IMG/VR virus record: IMGVR_UViG_3300014208_000105
Location: 1 to 30,235 of that record
Reading direction: 5' to 3' (one strand)
DNA length: 30,235 bases
Origin: a virus
Lineage: Duplodnaviria; Caudoviricetes
In this document: piece after piece, positions 23,562-30,235 of the stretch
How the letters are laid out: every line of letters starts with the position of its first letter
Position numbering within the stretch: the stretch's first letter is position 1
Program-made: the position numbers and the translations under genes
Notes under the pieces: generated by a model
What the model was told of the DNA's origin: nothing
The model's database searches: none
Seen by the model: the letters and a program-made list of their open reading frames with translations, nothing else

Positions 23562-25783
23562 CGGTCTTCCTCCTGTTGACGTTGTGATTCGCGTTCGTCC
23601 GCATCCCGGTCGGATGCGAGCGCATAGAGCTTTTTCTTCGGCTTCACGATGGGAACGATCTTCGCCAGGTCGCCCTTCCCGTCCTGATCCTGGCGGGCCC
23701 GCTCGGTGACGACCCGGTCCATTTTGGTGTTGGCGAGCTGGACCATCGGAATCTTGGCCGGCGACGAGGCCGTGGGGATCTGCGGGGAAGCGGCCCCGGC
23801 CCCGGTGATGATCGCCGGCCCGGAACCCGCGGCGGCCAAGCGTTTCCCAGCCGACGCGGCCAGGGCGGAAACAGCCGTTTCCAGGTAAAACTGCTGTTCC
23901 TGGGACGAAGTGGCTTCCAGGCTCTTGATGCGGGCCTTCATGAGCTTCTTCTCGCGACCCTTGCGCGCGGACTCCTCGTTGAGGGTCTGGCGGTCCACAT
24001 CGGAAGCGGCCAGGACCGGCACGGTCCTCACCAGGGTTGCCTGGGCGATGTAGGAATCGTCCTTGGCGTCGAACACCCAGGCGTCCTGCCAGGAATCCGG
24101 GTCGCGGCGCATGTAGACCAGATCGCCCTTCCGGCCCGCCATCCACTCGCCCCAGTAGAACGAATCGAGGCGGCTGTCCCGGACCCCGTTCCGACCGATC
24201 TTGACCGGGTTGGATGCGCGCATGCAGAACAGCTTCAGGGCATCGCGGCGCACTTCCCGCCGGGTCACGAATTCTTCCCCCCACGCCATGTCCGGGGACC
24301 GCCCGCGCAGGGCCCGCCCCTGGGAAGGAAGGCAGTTCAGCACCTTGGTGATGAAGCCTTCCAGGCCGGCCTTCAGCTCCTCGAAGGAGACCAGGCGACG
24401 GCCCTTGACCTCTTCGGCCAGGCGTTCTGGCCGTTCGATCACGTCCCCGCCGCGATACCCGGGAAAGGTCTTGGAAAACCATTCCTTGATCTTGAGGAAA
24501 TCGCGCTCGATAGGCTTGGTCTGGGCGTTGTAGGGGATCGCGAAGTGGGGCTGGACGTTCAGGAGGAGGAGCATCGGGGAAGCCTTCGCCTCATCCACCT
24601 GGACCTTGTGCAGGGTGGTCCGGCCGCCGGCGAAGTCGCGGCTCCGGTAGTCCTTGCCGTTGTCGATCAGGACGTGCTTCGGCAGGCCGAAGGCCAGGGC
24701 GGCCCGATAGAAGGCCTGGAAGATGTGGTCGCTGTTGGGCGGTTCGACGTGGATGTGCCAGCCCAGGAACTTCCCGGTTTTGAGGCAGCGCCAGGCGGTC
24801 AGCCAGGGGGCGGCGACGCGGTCCCCGCTGGTGGTCAGGACGTCGATCTGGGCATGATCGGAAACCCAGGCCTCCCCGGCCGGAAGGCTCTCGTAATCGC
24901 GCACGATGTGCGCCTCGAACTTGCGCTTCCAAGCGCTATAGCCGTAACGGGCCCGATAGATGGTCCCCTCGTCGAACCGCTGGGACAGAAGCCGCCAGAA
25001 GGCCACCACGCTGGGGAAGTTTTCGAGGGTGATCTGCTTGGTTTCATGGGTGGCGAAGCCGAAGGTCATGCGCCAGACGTGGGCCAGGGAAGGTCGCTGT
25101 TCCTGGAGGTAGTGATTGGAAAAGAACTCGAACCAGGGTTGATCGATGGTCGAGCCGCCCCGGCGGTTGCCCCACTTGGCCAGCAGGCCGGCCCGGCCTT
25201 CGCTGGCGACCGTCTCGCGGGCGCGCAGGATGGCGGGGTAGCTGGTCGACAGGTCCGGGTGCTCGGCGTTCCAGGAATCGACGAAACTCTCCAGGGCCCG
25301 CCCGAAGAGGCCCTCGGATGCCTGCAGGACCAGGAGGTATTTGTTGGCTTTGCGGCGCTGGTAATCGGGTGCCCGATCGTAGACGTCGGCGTCGATCTCG
25401 GCCTGGTTCGGAACGCTTTCCATGTGGTGGGCGGGAAGATCCGGCGCGGCGATCGCGGCGGGGCTCGAGGGGGTGGTGGTCGGCTTGGCCTTGGGGAAAA
25501 AGGAAACGACCTGGTTGGCCGGCCGGGCCGTGGGGGCTGCTGCAGCGACGGGTGCAGCAAGAGCGGGGACCGCGACCGGGGCGGCCGTGCCGTCCCGCTT
25601 CATGAGAGCCACGCGGGTTTCCGGTGGAAGGCTGGAAAGATGGTATTCACGCCCGCCGCCCCGGCCCTGGCGCAAGCGCCATTTCCAACCCTCCCGGGAT
25701 CCCATATCCCGGACCCGCCGCTCTGACCCGGGGACCCCGGGCAAACCAGCCAGTTCAAGGGCTGTCCACCACTCTTTGACCAC
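23558..25783 (-). CDS. MuA-like DDE transposase
   Basis: N-terminal Mu-type DNA-binding domain (WWTALELAGLPG.P...RQGRGGGREYH.SSLP); catalytic WVSDH, IDNGKDY and KPIERDF; Mu transposase C-terminal beta domain. Confidence 0.97.
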   Translation of the reverse strand: MVKEWWTALELAGLPGVPGSERRVRDMGSREGWKWRLRQGRGGGREYHLSSLPPETRVALMKRDGTAAPVAVPALAAPVAAAAPTARPANQVVSFFPKAKPTTTPSSPAAIAAPDLPAHHMESVPNQAEIDADVYDRAPDYQRRKANKYLLVLQASEGLFGRALESFVDSWNAEHPDLSTSYPAILRARETVASEGRAGLLAKWGNRRGGSTIDQPWFEFFSNHYLQEQRPSLAHVWRMTFGFATHETKQITLENFPSVVAFWRLLSQRFDEGTIYRARYGYSAWKRKFEAHIVRDYESLPAGEAWVSDHAQIDVLTTSGDRVAAPWLTAWRCLKTGKFLGWHIHVEPPNSDHIFQAFYRAALAFGLPKHVLIDNGKDYRSRDFAGGRTTLHKVQVDEAKASPMLLLLNVQPHFAIPYNAQTKPIERDFLKIKEWFSKTFPGYRGGDVIERPERLAEEVKGRRLVSFEELKAGLEGFITKVLNCLPSQGRALRGRSPDMAWGEEFVTRREVRRDALKLFCMRASNPVKIGRNGVRDSRLDSFYWGEWMAGRKGDLVYMRRDPDSWQDAWVFDAKDDSYIAQATLVRTVPVLAASDVDRQTLNEESARKGREKKLMKARIKSLEATSSQEQQFYLETAVSALAASAGKRLAAAGSGPAIITGAGAASPQIPTASSPAKIPMVQLANTKMDRVVTERARQDQDGKGDLAKIVPIVKPKKKLYALASDRDADERESQRQQEEDR

Positions 25784-25805
25784 GCTCAGCTATCCTTTTC
25801 CTTCG

Positions 25806-25858
25806 TGCTATTCTGTGTGGAAGGGGGCGGCCCTCCGGCTCCAACCTCGGGCCGCCCC
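25806..25858 (+). promoter_or_regulatory. Extended -10 promoter (TGCTATTCT) followed by a 10-bp GC hairpin
   Basis: TG-C-TATTCT at 25806-25814; GGGGCGGCCC (25824-25833) pairs with GGGCCGCCCC (25849-25858). Confidence 0.55.
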
Positions 25859-25874
25859 GAACCCAACCTTTCGG

Positions 25875-26318
25875 TCAGGAGAAAATGGAATGTCGAATCA
25901 AAATTGCACGCTTCCCAAGTATTTCTTTCCGGGTTCTAACAAAGGGCTCTCGGAATTCACCAAGATTCTTGAAACCTATGCCGAGACGGGAATCCCTGCC
26001 ATTGTTTTCAAACTCTCCGTTTTTCAAAGTGCTGATGCCGGCCATTTTGAATACTGTCTTCACGGAAACGGATTTGACGCCGTTCTTCTCCTCCATCCTG
26101 ATCAATTCCCGGACGAAGAGGCTGATGGAGTGATTTCGGCTATGGCCACTCTTTGCGTTCCGCTTGGGGCTCCGGAGCGGGGGACTATTACGGATGACGG
26201 TTTGAAAATTCCCCGCTGAATCGAATTGGTAAACGTCTCCATTCTCAGGATCGCGTCGGATGTATCCTTGCGAGTCGCCTTTTTCCGGGTTTGGCTTATT
26301 CATTATTTTTCCTTTCAA
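25875..26318 (-). CDS. Hypothetical ORF, largely antisense to the + gene
   Basis: Coupled to the upstream stop, with an RBS before the second Met; the C-terminal two thirds may be a shadow frame. Confidence 0.35.
   Translation of the reverse strand: MKGKIMNKPNPEKGDSQGYIRRDPENGDVYQFDSAGNFQTVIRNSPPLRSPKRNAKSGHSRNHSISLFVRELIRMEEKNGVKSVSVKTVFKMAGISTLKNGEFENNGRDSRLGIGFKNLGEFREPFVRTRKEILGKRAILIRHSIFS
25890..26219 (+). CDS. Antisense moron, hypothetical protein (109 aa)
   Basis: AGGAG RBS and upstream promoter; lower GC than flanks; globular-looking composition. Confidence 0.55.
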   Translation: MSNQNCTLPKYFFPGSNKGLSEFTKILETYAETGIPAIVFKLSVFQSADAGHFEYCLHGNGFDAVLLLHPDQFPDEEADGVISAMATLCVPLGAPERGTITDDGLKIPR

Positions 26319-26779
26319 TGGGATTCAGATCCGCCGAATTCTCTCTGATCGCAATACTTTTCCTGGATCTCGCTGGTCTCAAGGACCAATTCCGCAGCCG
26401 TTTGAAGAATCCTTCGGGCCAGCCCGGTCCGGAGGTGTTTGACCTGCTTTACGAACTCAATGGCGATTGCGAACTGCTCTTCTGTGGGAAGGTCCCGGGG
26501 GCCTTTGATCTCTTCAGTGGGAAACCCTTGCCTTCGCATGGCGGCCTTGATGGTGAGGGCGAGTTCAGAATCCTGATCAGAAAGCAGCTCGAGATACTCA
26601 TCCATCTTTTGGGATTGGGTGATGTTCGGAATCACGAGGAGCGGAGCGCTCTTCTTGACCTTGTCTTTCAGGGCGCCGACGATGAGCCCACTTGCGTCTG
26701 CCAGAAAGCGCTTTCCTTTCTTGTTCCGGACGATGAAGTAGGTGCCTTTCCCTTCGTTTTGCATCTTGGTCTCCTTCAT
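26315..26779 (-). CDS. Hypothetical early protein
   Basis: ATG 26779 (ATGA overlap) or ATG 26764 (AAGGAG RBS). Confidence 0.6.
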   Translation of the reverse strand: MKETKMQNEGKGTYFIVRNKKGKRFLADASGLIVGALKDKVKKSAPLLVIPNITQSQKMDEYLELLSDQDSELALTIKAAMRRQGFPTEEIKGPRDLPTEEQFAIAIEFVKQVKHLRTGLARRILQTAAELVLETSEIQEKYCDQREFGGSESH

Positions 26780-27033
26780 TCTTTTGGTCCAACCGGATGT
26801 CGGTCCCTGATCGCAAAGGTGCACGCCGTCGAAAGACAGTGAATGATGGCCGTGCAATCCTCGATGTTCATGAACATCCTGACCGGGTCCTGATTGGCGC
26901 TGGCCGGCCCCGGCTTGATCTCGAACTGGATCACGTCCGATGGATCCTTGGCCTTCGCCGGCTTCCGATCGTGGTAGAAGGCCGAGACCTGCTGGTTGTT
27001 CTTCCAGATGTGGCGAGCGACGAGTTTCTTCAT
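26776..27033 (-). CDS. Hypothetical early protein
   Basis: ATG 27033 overlaps the ner-like stop; 85 aa. Confidence 0.65.
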   Translation of the reverse strand: MKKLVARHIWKNNQQVSAFYHDRKPAKAKDPSDVIQFEIKPGPASANQDPVRMFMNIEDCTAIIHCLSTACTFAIRDRHPVGPKE

Positions 27034-27227
27034 GCGGCCTTCTTCTTCATTTTCAGGAAAGTCTCCGGGCAGCCCAGGTCCTTGAGCAGCTTCGCCAGGG
27101 GCCGGCTCTTCCGGAGGCCGTTGAGGACCGCGCTGACGGTCCCGGGGGTCCGATTCATTTGCGCCGCCAGGTCCTTCTGGCGGATCCCCTTGTCCAGGAG
27201 CCATTTCTTGATCTCGATCAGTTTCAT
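27030..27227 (-). CDS. ner: Ner/Cro-like HTH regulator
   Basis: 65 aa; IKKWLLDKGIRQKDLAAQM..TPGTVSAVLNG.RKS; ends in KKKAA. Confidence 0.75.
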   Translation of the reverse strand: MKLIEIKKWLLDKGIRQKDLAAQMNRTPGTVSAVLNGLRKSRPLAKLLKDLGCPETFLKMKKKAA

Positions 27228-27691
27228 TTCAGTCCGACCTCCTGTGCGAGCCGGCTCGATTCCTTGGCCAGCCGCCTTCTTTCAAGTTCTGTCTGCCCCC
27301 AGCGCAGGATCTTCGCCTCATCCCCGGAAACCACGATGGCTCCGAGGGGTGCAATGAGCGCCTGCATCGGCAGGACCGACCCGGTGACCCGGCAAAAGAT
27401 GGGCAGGTAGTTCACCGGAATTCGATGTCCGGACGCTCCCGCCGCCACCCACTTGTCGAGGATCGCGGAAGTGACCTCCTGGGACCGGCCGGCGCAGGTC
27501 ATTCCTTCCGCCGAGGCGAGGGAATTGATGTCCGCCACCACTTGGTCCCTCGAAAGGGGGCAGTTCTTCAGGGCCTCCCGCATGGCCGCCTTCAAGCGGT
27601 CGGTGGGGTCGAACGACGGGGAATCCCACAGGGATAGCTGCGTGGGCCGTTCGGTCGAACCTTTCTGGGGGTTGCCATTGAAGAAAGTCAC
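27224..27691 (-). CDS. CII-like phage regulatory protein
   Basis: SRDQVVA...VT.AILDKWVA....HRIP...LP.FC.VTG pattern; first gene after the early promoter. Confidence 0.6.
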   Translation of the reverse strand: MTFFNGNPQKGSTERPTQLSLWDSPSFDPTDRLKAAMREALKNCPLSRDQVVADINSLASAEGMTCAGRSQEVTSAILDKWVAAGASGHRIPVNYLPIFCRVTGSVLPMQALIAPLGAIVVSGDEAKILRWGQTELERRRLAKESSRLAQEVGLK

Positions 27692-27747
27692 CGGTTTGGT
27701 TATCCTTTGGGTGAAGTGGTATCAATTTTCTTTGCTTTCTTAGCCTG

Positions 27748-27776
27748 AGTATAGAAGGAAATTCCTTTTATGTCAA
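27748..27776 (-). promoter_or_regulatory. Early lytic promoter TTGACA-N17-TATACT with operator-like dyad in the spacer
   Basis: -35 at 27776-27771, -10 at 27753-27748; AAGGAA-A-TTCCTT at 27755-27767. Confidence 0.85.
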
Positions 27777-27799
27777 CAGGGCTATGGAAGTTTTTTTCT

Positions 27800-27921
27800 C
27801 GTCCGAGTTTGCTCGCCCGGGTATTCGCCTGGCTCATGGCAAAACCCGCACGGACAGGCAAGTCGGACGCGGTTTGAGAACTCGGACGCCGCCGTCCGAG
27901 TTCGCGAGGGGAACTCGGACG
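27800..27921. repeat. Five copies of AACTCGGACG in both orientations upstream of the repressor
   Basis: 27800-27809 (rev), 27860-27869 (1 mismatch), 27879-27888, 27893-27902 (rev), 27912-27921. Confidence 0.9.
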
Positions 27922-28589
27922 TGGAAGAAAATTTCCCGGGTAGGGTGAAAAAAGTTGCCGAGGAAGTCGGGGGAGGAGCGGAACTCGCCCGAGTTACCGG
28001 CATTTCAAGACGGACCATTGGGTTTTACATGACCGGCGAATCTGATCCATCAAGGGAAAAGCTCATTTTGATGGCTGACGCCGCAAGAGTTTCTGTGGAA
28101 TGGCTGGCTACCGGGAAAGGCCCAATGCGATTGGGGGATGCGCAGACATTAACCCCTCCGCCTGCCGCTCCTGGGTCTGTCCCCATTCCTCTCCACTCCC
28201 TCTCCCCCTCAGCGGGGGCAGGGGCGTTTTGCGAGGGGGACTTCATTGAGGAATGGATCCAGATCCCTCAGGCCATCATCGATTGGATGGCCGTCCCCAT
28301 CAAGTTCCTGTGCCTGACCCGGGTGGCCGGCTCGAGCATGACCCCGACCCTGACGGACGGCGAGCTGATTTTTGTTGACCGCCGCTACGACCGCGTCATC
28401 GGGGAGGGAATCTACGTCCTTCGCTTCGAAAACGCCCTTCTGGTGAAGCGGATCCAGGTCCAACCAGGCGGCGTCCTCCAGATCATCTCCGACAACCCCG
28501 CCTTCCCTCCGTTCTCCGTCTCCCCCAAGGCCCCCCCAGGAGATTTCTCCATCCTCGCCCGCATCGTGTCCCATCTCCGTAAGCTTTGA
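27921..28589 (+). CDS. CI-type repressor (XRE HTH plus peptidase S24)
   Basis: HTH (ELARVTGISRRTI..Y..G.S.P...VSVEWLATGKG), Ala-Gly site SAG, catalytic GSSM.P and VKR; divergent from the early operon. Confidence 0.93.
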   Translation: MEENFPGRVKKVAEEVGGGAELARVTGISRRTIGFYMTGESDPSREKLILMADAARVSVEWLATGKGPMRLGDAQTLTPPPAAPGSVPIPLHSLSPSAGAGAFCEGDFIEEWIQIPQAIIDWMAVPIKFLCLTRVAGSSMTPTLTDGELIFVDRRYDRVIGEGIYVLRFENALLVKRIQVQPGGVLQIISDNPAFPPFSVSPKAPPGDFSILARIVSHLRKL

Positions 28590-28616
28590 ACACCTGAAAG
28601 GAGTCTCTGAAAAAGC

Positions 28617-28952
28617 ATGGAGTATTTTTTTCTGGCATTAGGAATGATCGCAATCTTAGCATTTCTATCCCAGGACAGTGAAAAACAGCGCGAGGAAAGA
28701 AGGGCAGGGCTGTTGTTCAAGTATGGAGACCCAGGAATCGTTGGAAAGATCCTTGACGGAATGGTCTGGATAGGGCAAACCGAAGAGCAATTGTCAGAAT
28801 CAATCGGCTCTCCGGCTGCCGTGGATAGGCTTGAAAAGGTCGGGAAAACAACGGAAGTTTGGAAGTATCAACCCCGTGGAAAAAGGGGTTTCGACCTCAG
28901 GGTGACAGTTGAGAACGGGGTGGTGATCGAGGTTGACAAAAAGTCCGCCTAG
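28617..28952 (+). CDS. Membrane-anchored protein with SmpA/DUF2845-like domain
   Basis: N-terminal TM; IGQTEEQL.ESIGSP...EVWKY...V.VENGVV pattern; directly downstream of the repressor. Confidence 0.6.
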   Translation: MEYFFLALGMIAILAFLSQDSEKQREERRAGLLFKYGDPGIVGKILDGMVWIGQTEEQLSESIGSPAAVDRLEKVGKTTEVWKYQPRGKRGFDLRVTVENGVVIEVDKKSA

Positions 28953-28989
28953 CTCATTCCCGCAGAAAGAGGCAGTGAGGGTGGGATGC

Positions 28990-29229
28990 CTATTGGGTTG
29001 GCTGCTTCAGGGGGAATTTTTCCAAAAGCTCAATCAGGATTTTGTCCCGTTCCTTTTCCGAGAGGGACTTCATGATTCTGTTCATGTCAGCAGATGCCCT
29101 ATCGAACGGCGTTCGGATCAACCGAACGGGCTCAGGCTTTTCCCCTTTTTTGAGTTCCGGAAGACCACCACCACACCCCTCGTTTGAAAATGACGCCGCG
29201 AATCCAACAATGAACTTAGGAGATGACAT
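28990..29229 (-). CDS. Hypothetical protein (79 aa)
   Basis: ATG 29229 with AAGGGGG RBS; fills the gap between two + genes. Confidence 0.4.
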   Translation of the reverse strand: MSSPKFIVGFAASFSNEGCGGGLPELKKGEKPEPVRLIRTPFDRASADMNRIMKSLSEKERDKILIELLEKFPLKQPTQ

Positions 29230-29667
29230 ATGGACCCCCTTCTCAACGCTATGGACAAGATTGCCAAACAGGCAATGGACGCAGCAGACGCGAGAGATAA
29301 GGATATCTTGCAAAGGATGGAGGATTCCCAAGAATACTTTGCCGAAAGGCTGGAAGAGTCGGAAGAAGCAATGAGGCAAGCGGTTTTTCAACGCACCGCT
29401 GAAGGAACTGCCGAGTTTTCATTTCAAGAGGTCAAGGAGTTCGAGAAGAACCTTCCGGAAGGCCACGCCGTTGCTCTTTTCATTGGTGGTATCGGCCCTG
29501 TTTTTCTAGAAGAGGTATGCTCTAAGGGGCCTTTGTTGGTCATTTTTCGAGGCAGGGCGAAGAACAAGAAAGTGGTCATTCTCCAGCATCTTTCCCAGGT
29601 TTCCATCACGATGATCGCCGAGAAGACCGACGATCCCAGAAAACCCATAGGGTTCAATGTCTTGTAG
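29230..29667 (+). CDS. DUF6173-like protein
   Basis: AGGAG RBS; FEKNL...AVAL...LVIFRG...ILQHLSQVS...PRKPIGF pattern. Confidence 0.65.
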   Translation: MDPLLNAMDKIAKQAMDAADARDKDILQRMEDSQEYFAERLEESEEAMRQAVFQRTAEGTAEFSFQEVKEFEKNLPEGHAVALFIGGIGPVFLEEVCSKGPLLVIFRGRAKNKKVVILQHLSQVSITMIAEKTDDPRKPIGFNVL

Positions 29668-29868
29668 AAGAAGGTTCAGAGGCCGGATTCAAACCGACTC
29701 AGGGGCTCCTTGGACGAGGGCTACTCGCACCCCAAAGAATTCCCCATGCTGCTGACCAGGCTTTCAGCTTATCCAACCCGCCACGACCGGGAGCGTGCAC
29801 TCCCCTGGGCCGGGAGAAGGACAGACCTTGGCTCTTGGGTGTCTCACCACGCCGCTCCAAACCTTCTT
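29668..29868 (-). ncRNA. Candidate ~200-nt structured RNA with tRNA-like closing stem and T-arm
   Basis: 14-bp closing stem whose two non-WC pairs are G-U only on the minus strand; T-arm GUCGG-UUUGAAU-CCGGC abuts the 3' strand; promoter places the TSS at the first stem base. Confidence 0.7.
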
Positions 29869-29874
29869 GTCTTG

Positions 29875-29903
29875 ATAATATCAGCCGCCTAAACGGCCGT
29901 CTA
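29875..29903 (-). promoter_or_regulatory. Extended -10 promoter for the ncRNA
   Basis: TAGACG-N17-TATTAT with TG extension (TGATATTAT, 29883-29875); A at 29868 is 7 nt downstream. Confidence 0.65.
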
Positions 29904-29976
29904 ACGCCGATTTCATGCAGTTTTTCAGGCCTTTATCAGCCTGCGACCACATTTTCGGGGGAGCCTTTGAAGAAAC

Positions 29977-30171
29977 TGTCAATCCATCTGAAAAAAACCG
30001 GCAAAACCGGCAGATCCTGGCCAAAAATGTCAAACCATCCAAGGTTGAGCCAAATCCGCTTCCGATCGCAAGCCAGGGCCAATTTTTCTTTCCCCCCGAT
30101 CTCTCAAACCACCTGAAAAACTATACTAAGGCCCAAACAGCGGGCCAAAGAGCCACCTGTCCCCTGTTTCA
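29977..30171. repeat. Putative transposase-binding end repeats and prophage terminus
   Basis: TGTCAATCCATCTGAAAAA (29977), TGTCAAACCATCCAA (30028), TCTCAAACCACCTGAAAAA (30102), partial GCCACCTG (30152), then ...TTTCA at 30171. Confidence 0.65.
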
Positions 30172-30197
30172 ACGACTCGAAATGAAGGAGGTGTCGT

Positions 30198-30235
30198 TTG
30201 CGTATCCCGTCCCGGAACGCCCGGCTCAACCGGGC
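30198..30235 (+). CDS. Probable start of a flanking host gene (truncated)
   Basis: AAGGAGG at 30185-30191, then TTG and an open frame (MRIPSRNARLNR...) to the window end. Confidence 0.35.
   Translation, partial: MRIPSRNARLNR

Larger units (their letters stand above)
1..30171. mobile_element. Mu-like transposable prophage (partial; tail-distal end outside window)
   Basis: MuA-type DDE transposase, MuB-type ATPase, GemA, Gam, Mor and Mu gp28/29/30/31/32/36/37-like genes. Terminal repeats and a candidate ...CA end at 30170-30171. Confidence 0.95.

Noticed and set aside
23562-24482. 605-aa version of the ATPase
   Set aside because: The extension is an off-frame overlap with the transposase; the RBS and ATGA coupling mark 23561 as the start.
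24545-25889. + strand ORFs 24545..25726 and the 5' part of 25422..26219
   Set aside because: Shadows of the transposase; only the portion from ATG 25890 has an RBS and promoter.
27800-27921. Possible mini-CRISPR array
   Set aside because: Repeats are only 10-11 bp, in mixed orientation, with irregular short spacers and no cas genes.
29668-29868. Canonical tRNA or tmRNA gene
   Set aside because: No anticodon arm, no CCA, over-long closing stem, no alanine acceptor identity and too short for tmRNA; kept as a tRNA-like ncRNA instead.
29710-30116. ORFs 29710..29892 and 29835..30116
   Set aside because: No RBS or protein-like features; they overlap the structured RNA, its promoter and the end repeats.

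Overview
Nearly the whole window (1..~30171) is a GC-rich Mu-like transposable prophage. Its repressor-proximal end lies at the right edge, and the window cuts off inside the tape measure gene at the left. Right to left it contains: terminal transposase-site-like repeats; a small accessory cassette; an XRE/S24 (CI/LexA-type) repressor on +; a long early operon on - (CII-like, Ner-like, MuA transposase, MuB ATPase, GemA, Gam, Mor, many small Cys-rich proteins, two opposite-strand morons); a packaging module on + (holin-like, small and large terminase, portal, gpF, gpG); and a divergent head-lysis-tail operon on - (gpI protease/scaffold, lambda gpD-like decoration, lambda gpE-like capsid, gp36, M15 endolysin, holin, gp37, tail tube, chaperone, tape measure). 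No tail sheath gene is present in the window. The most notable observations are: (1) a ~200-nt structured RNA with a tRNA-like T-arm and closing stem and its own promoter near the phage end; (2) a candidate second programmed -1 frameshift, in the holin-like gene; (3) an Acb2/Tad1-like anti-defence candidate in the late operon; (4) a gene with two retroviral-type CCHC zinc knuckles; (5) a riboflavin-kinase-fold moron; (6) mutually exclusive hairpins over the repressor start. All family assignments come from motif recognition and synteny; no database search was run.
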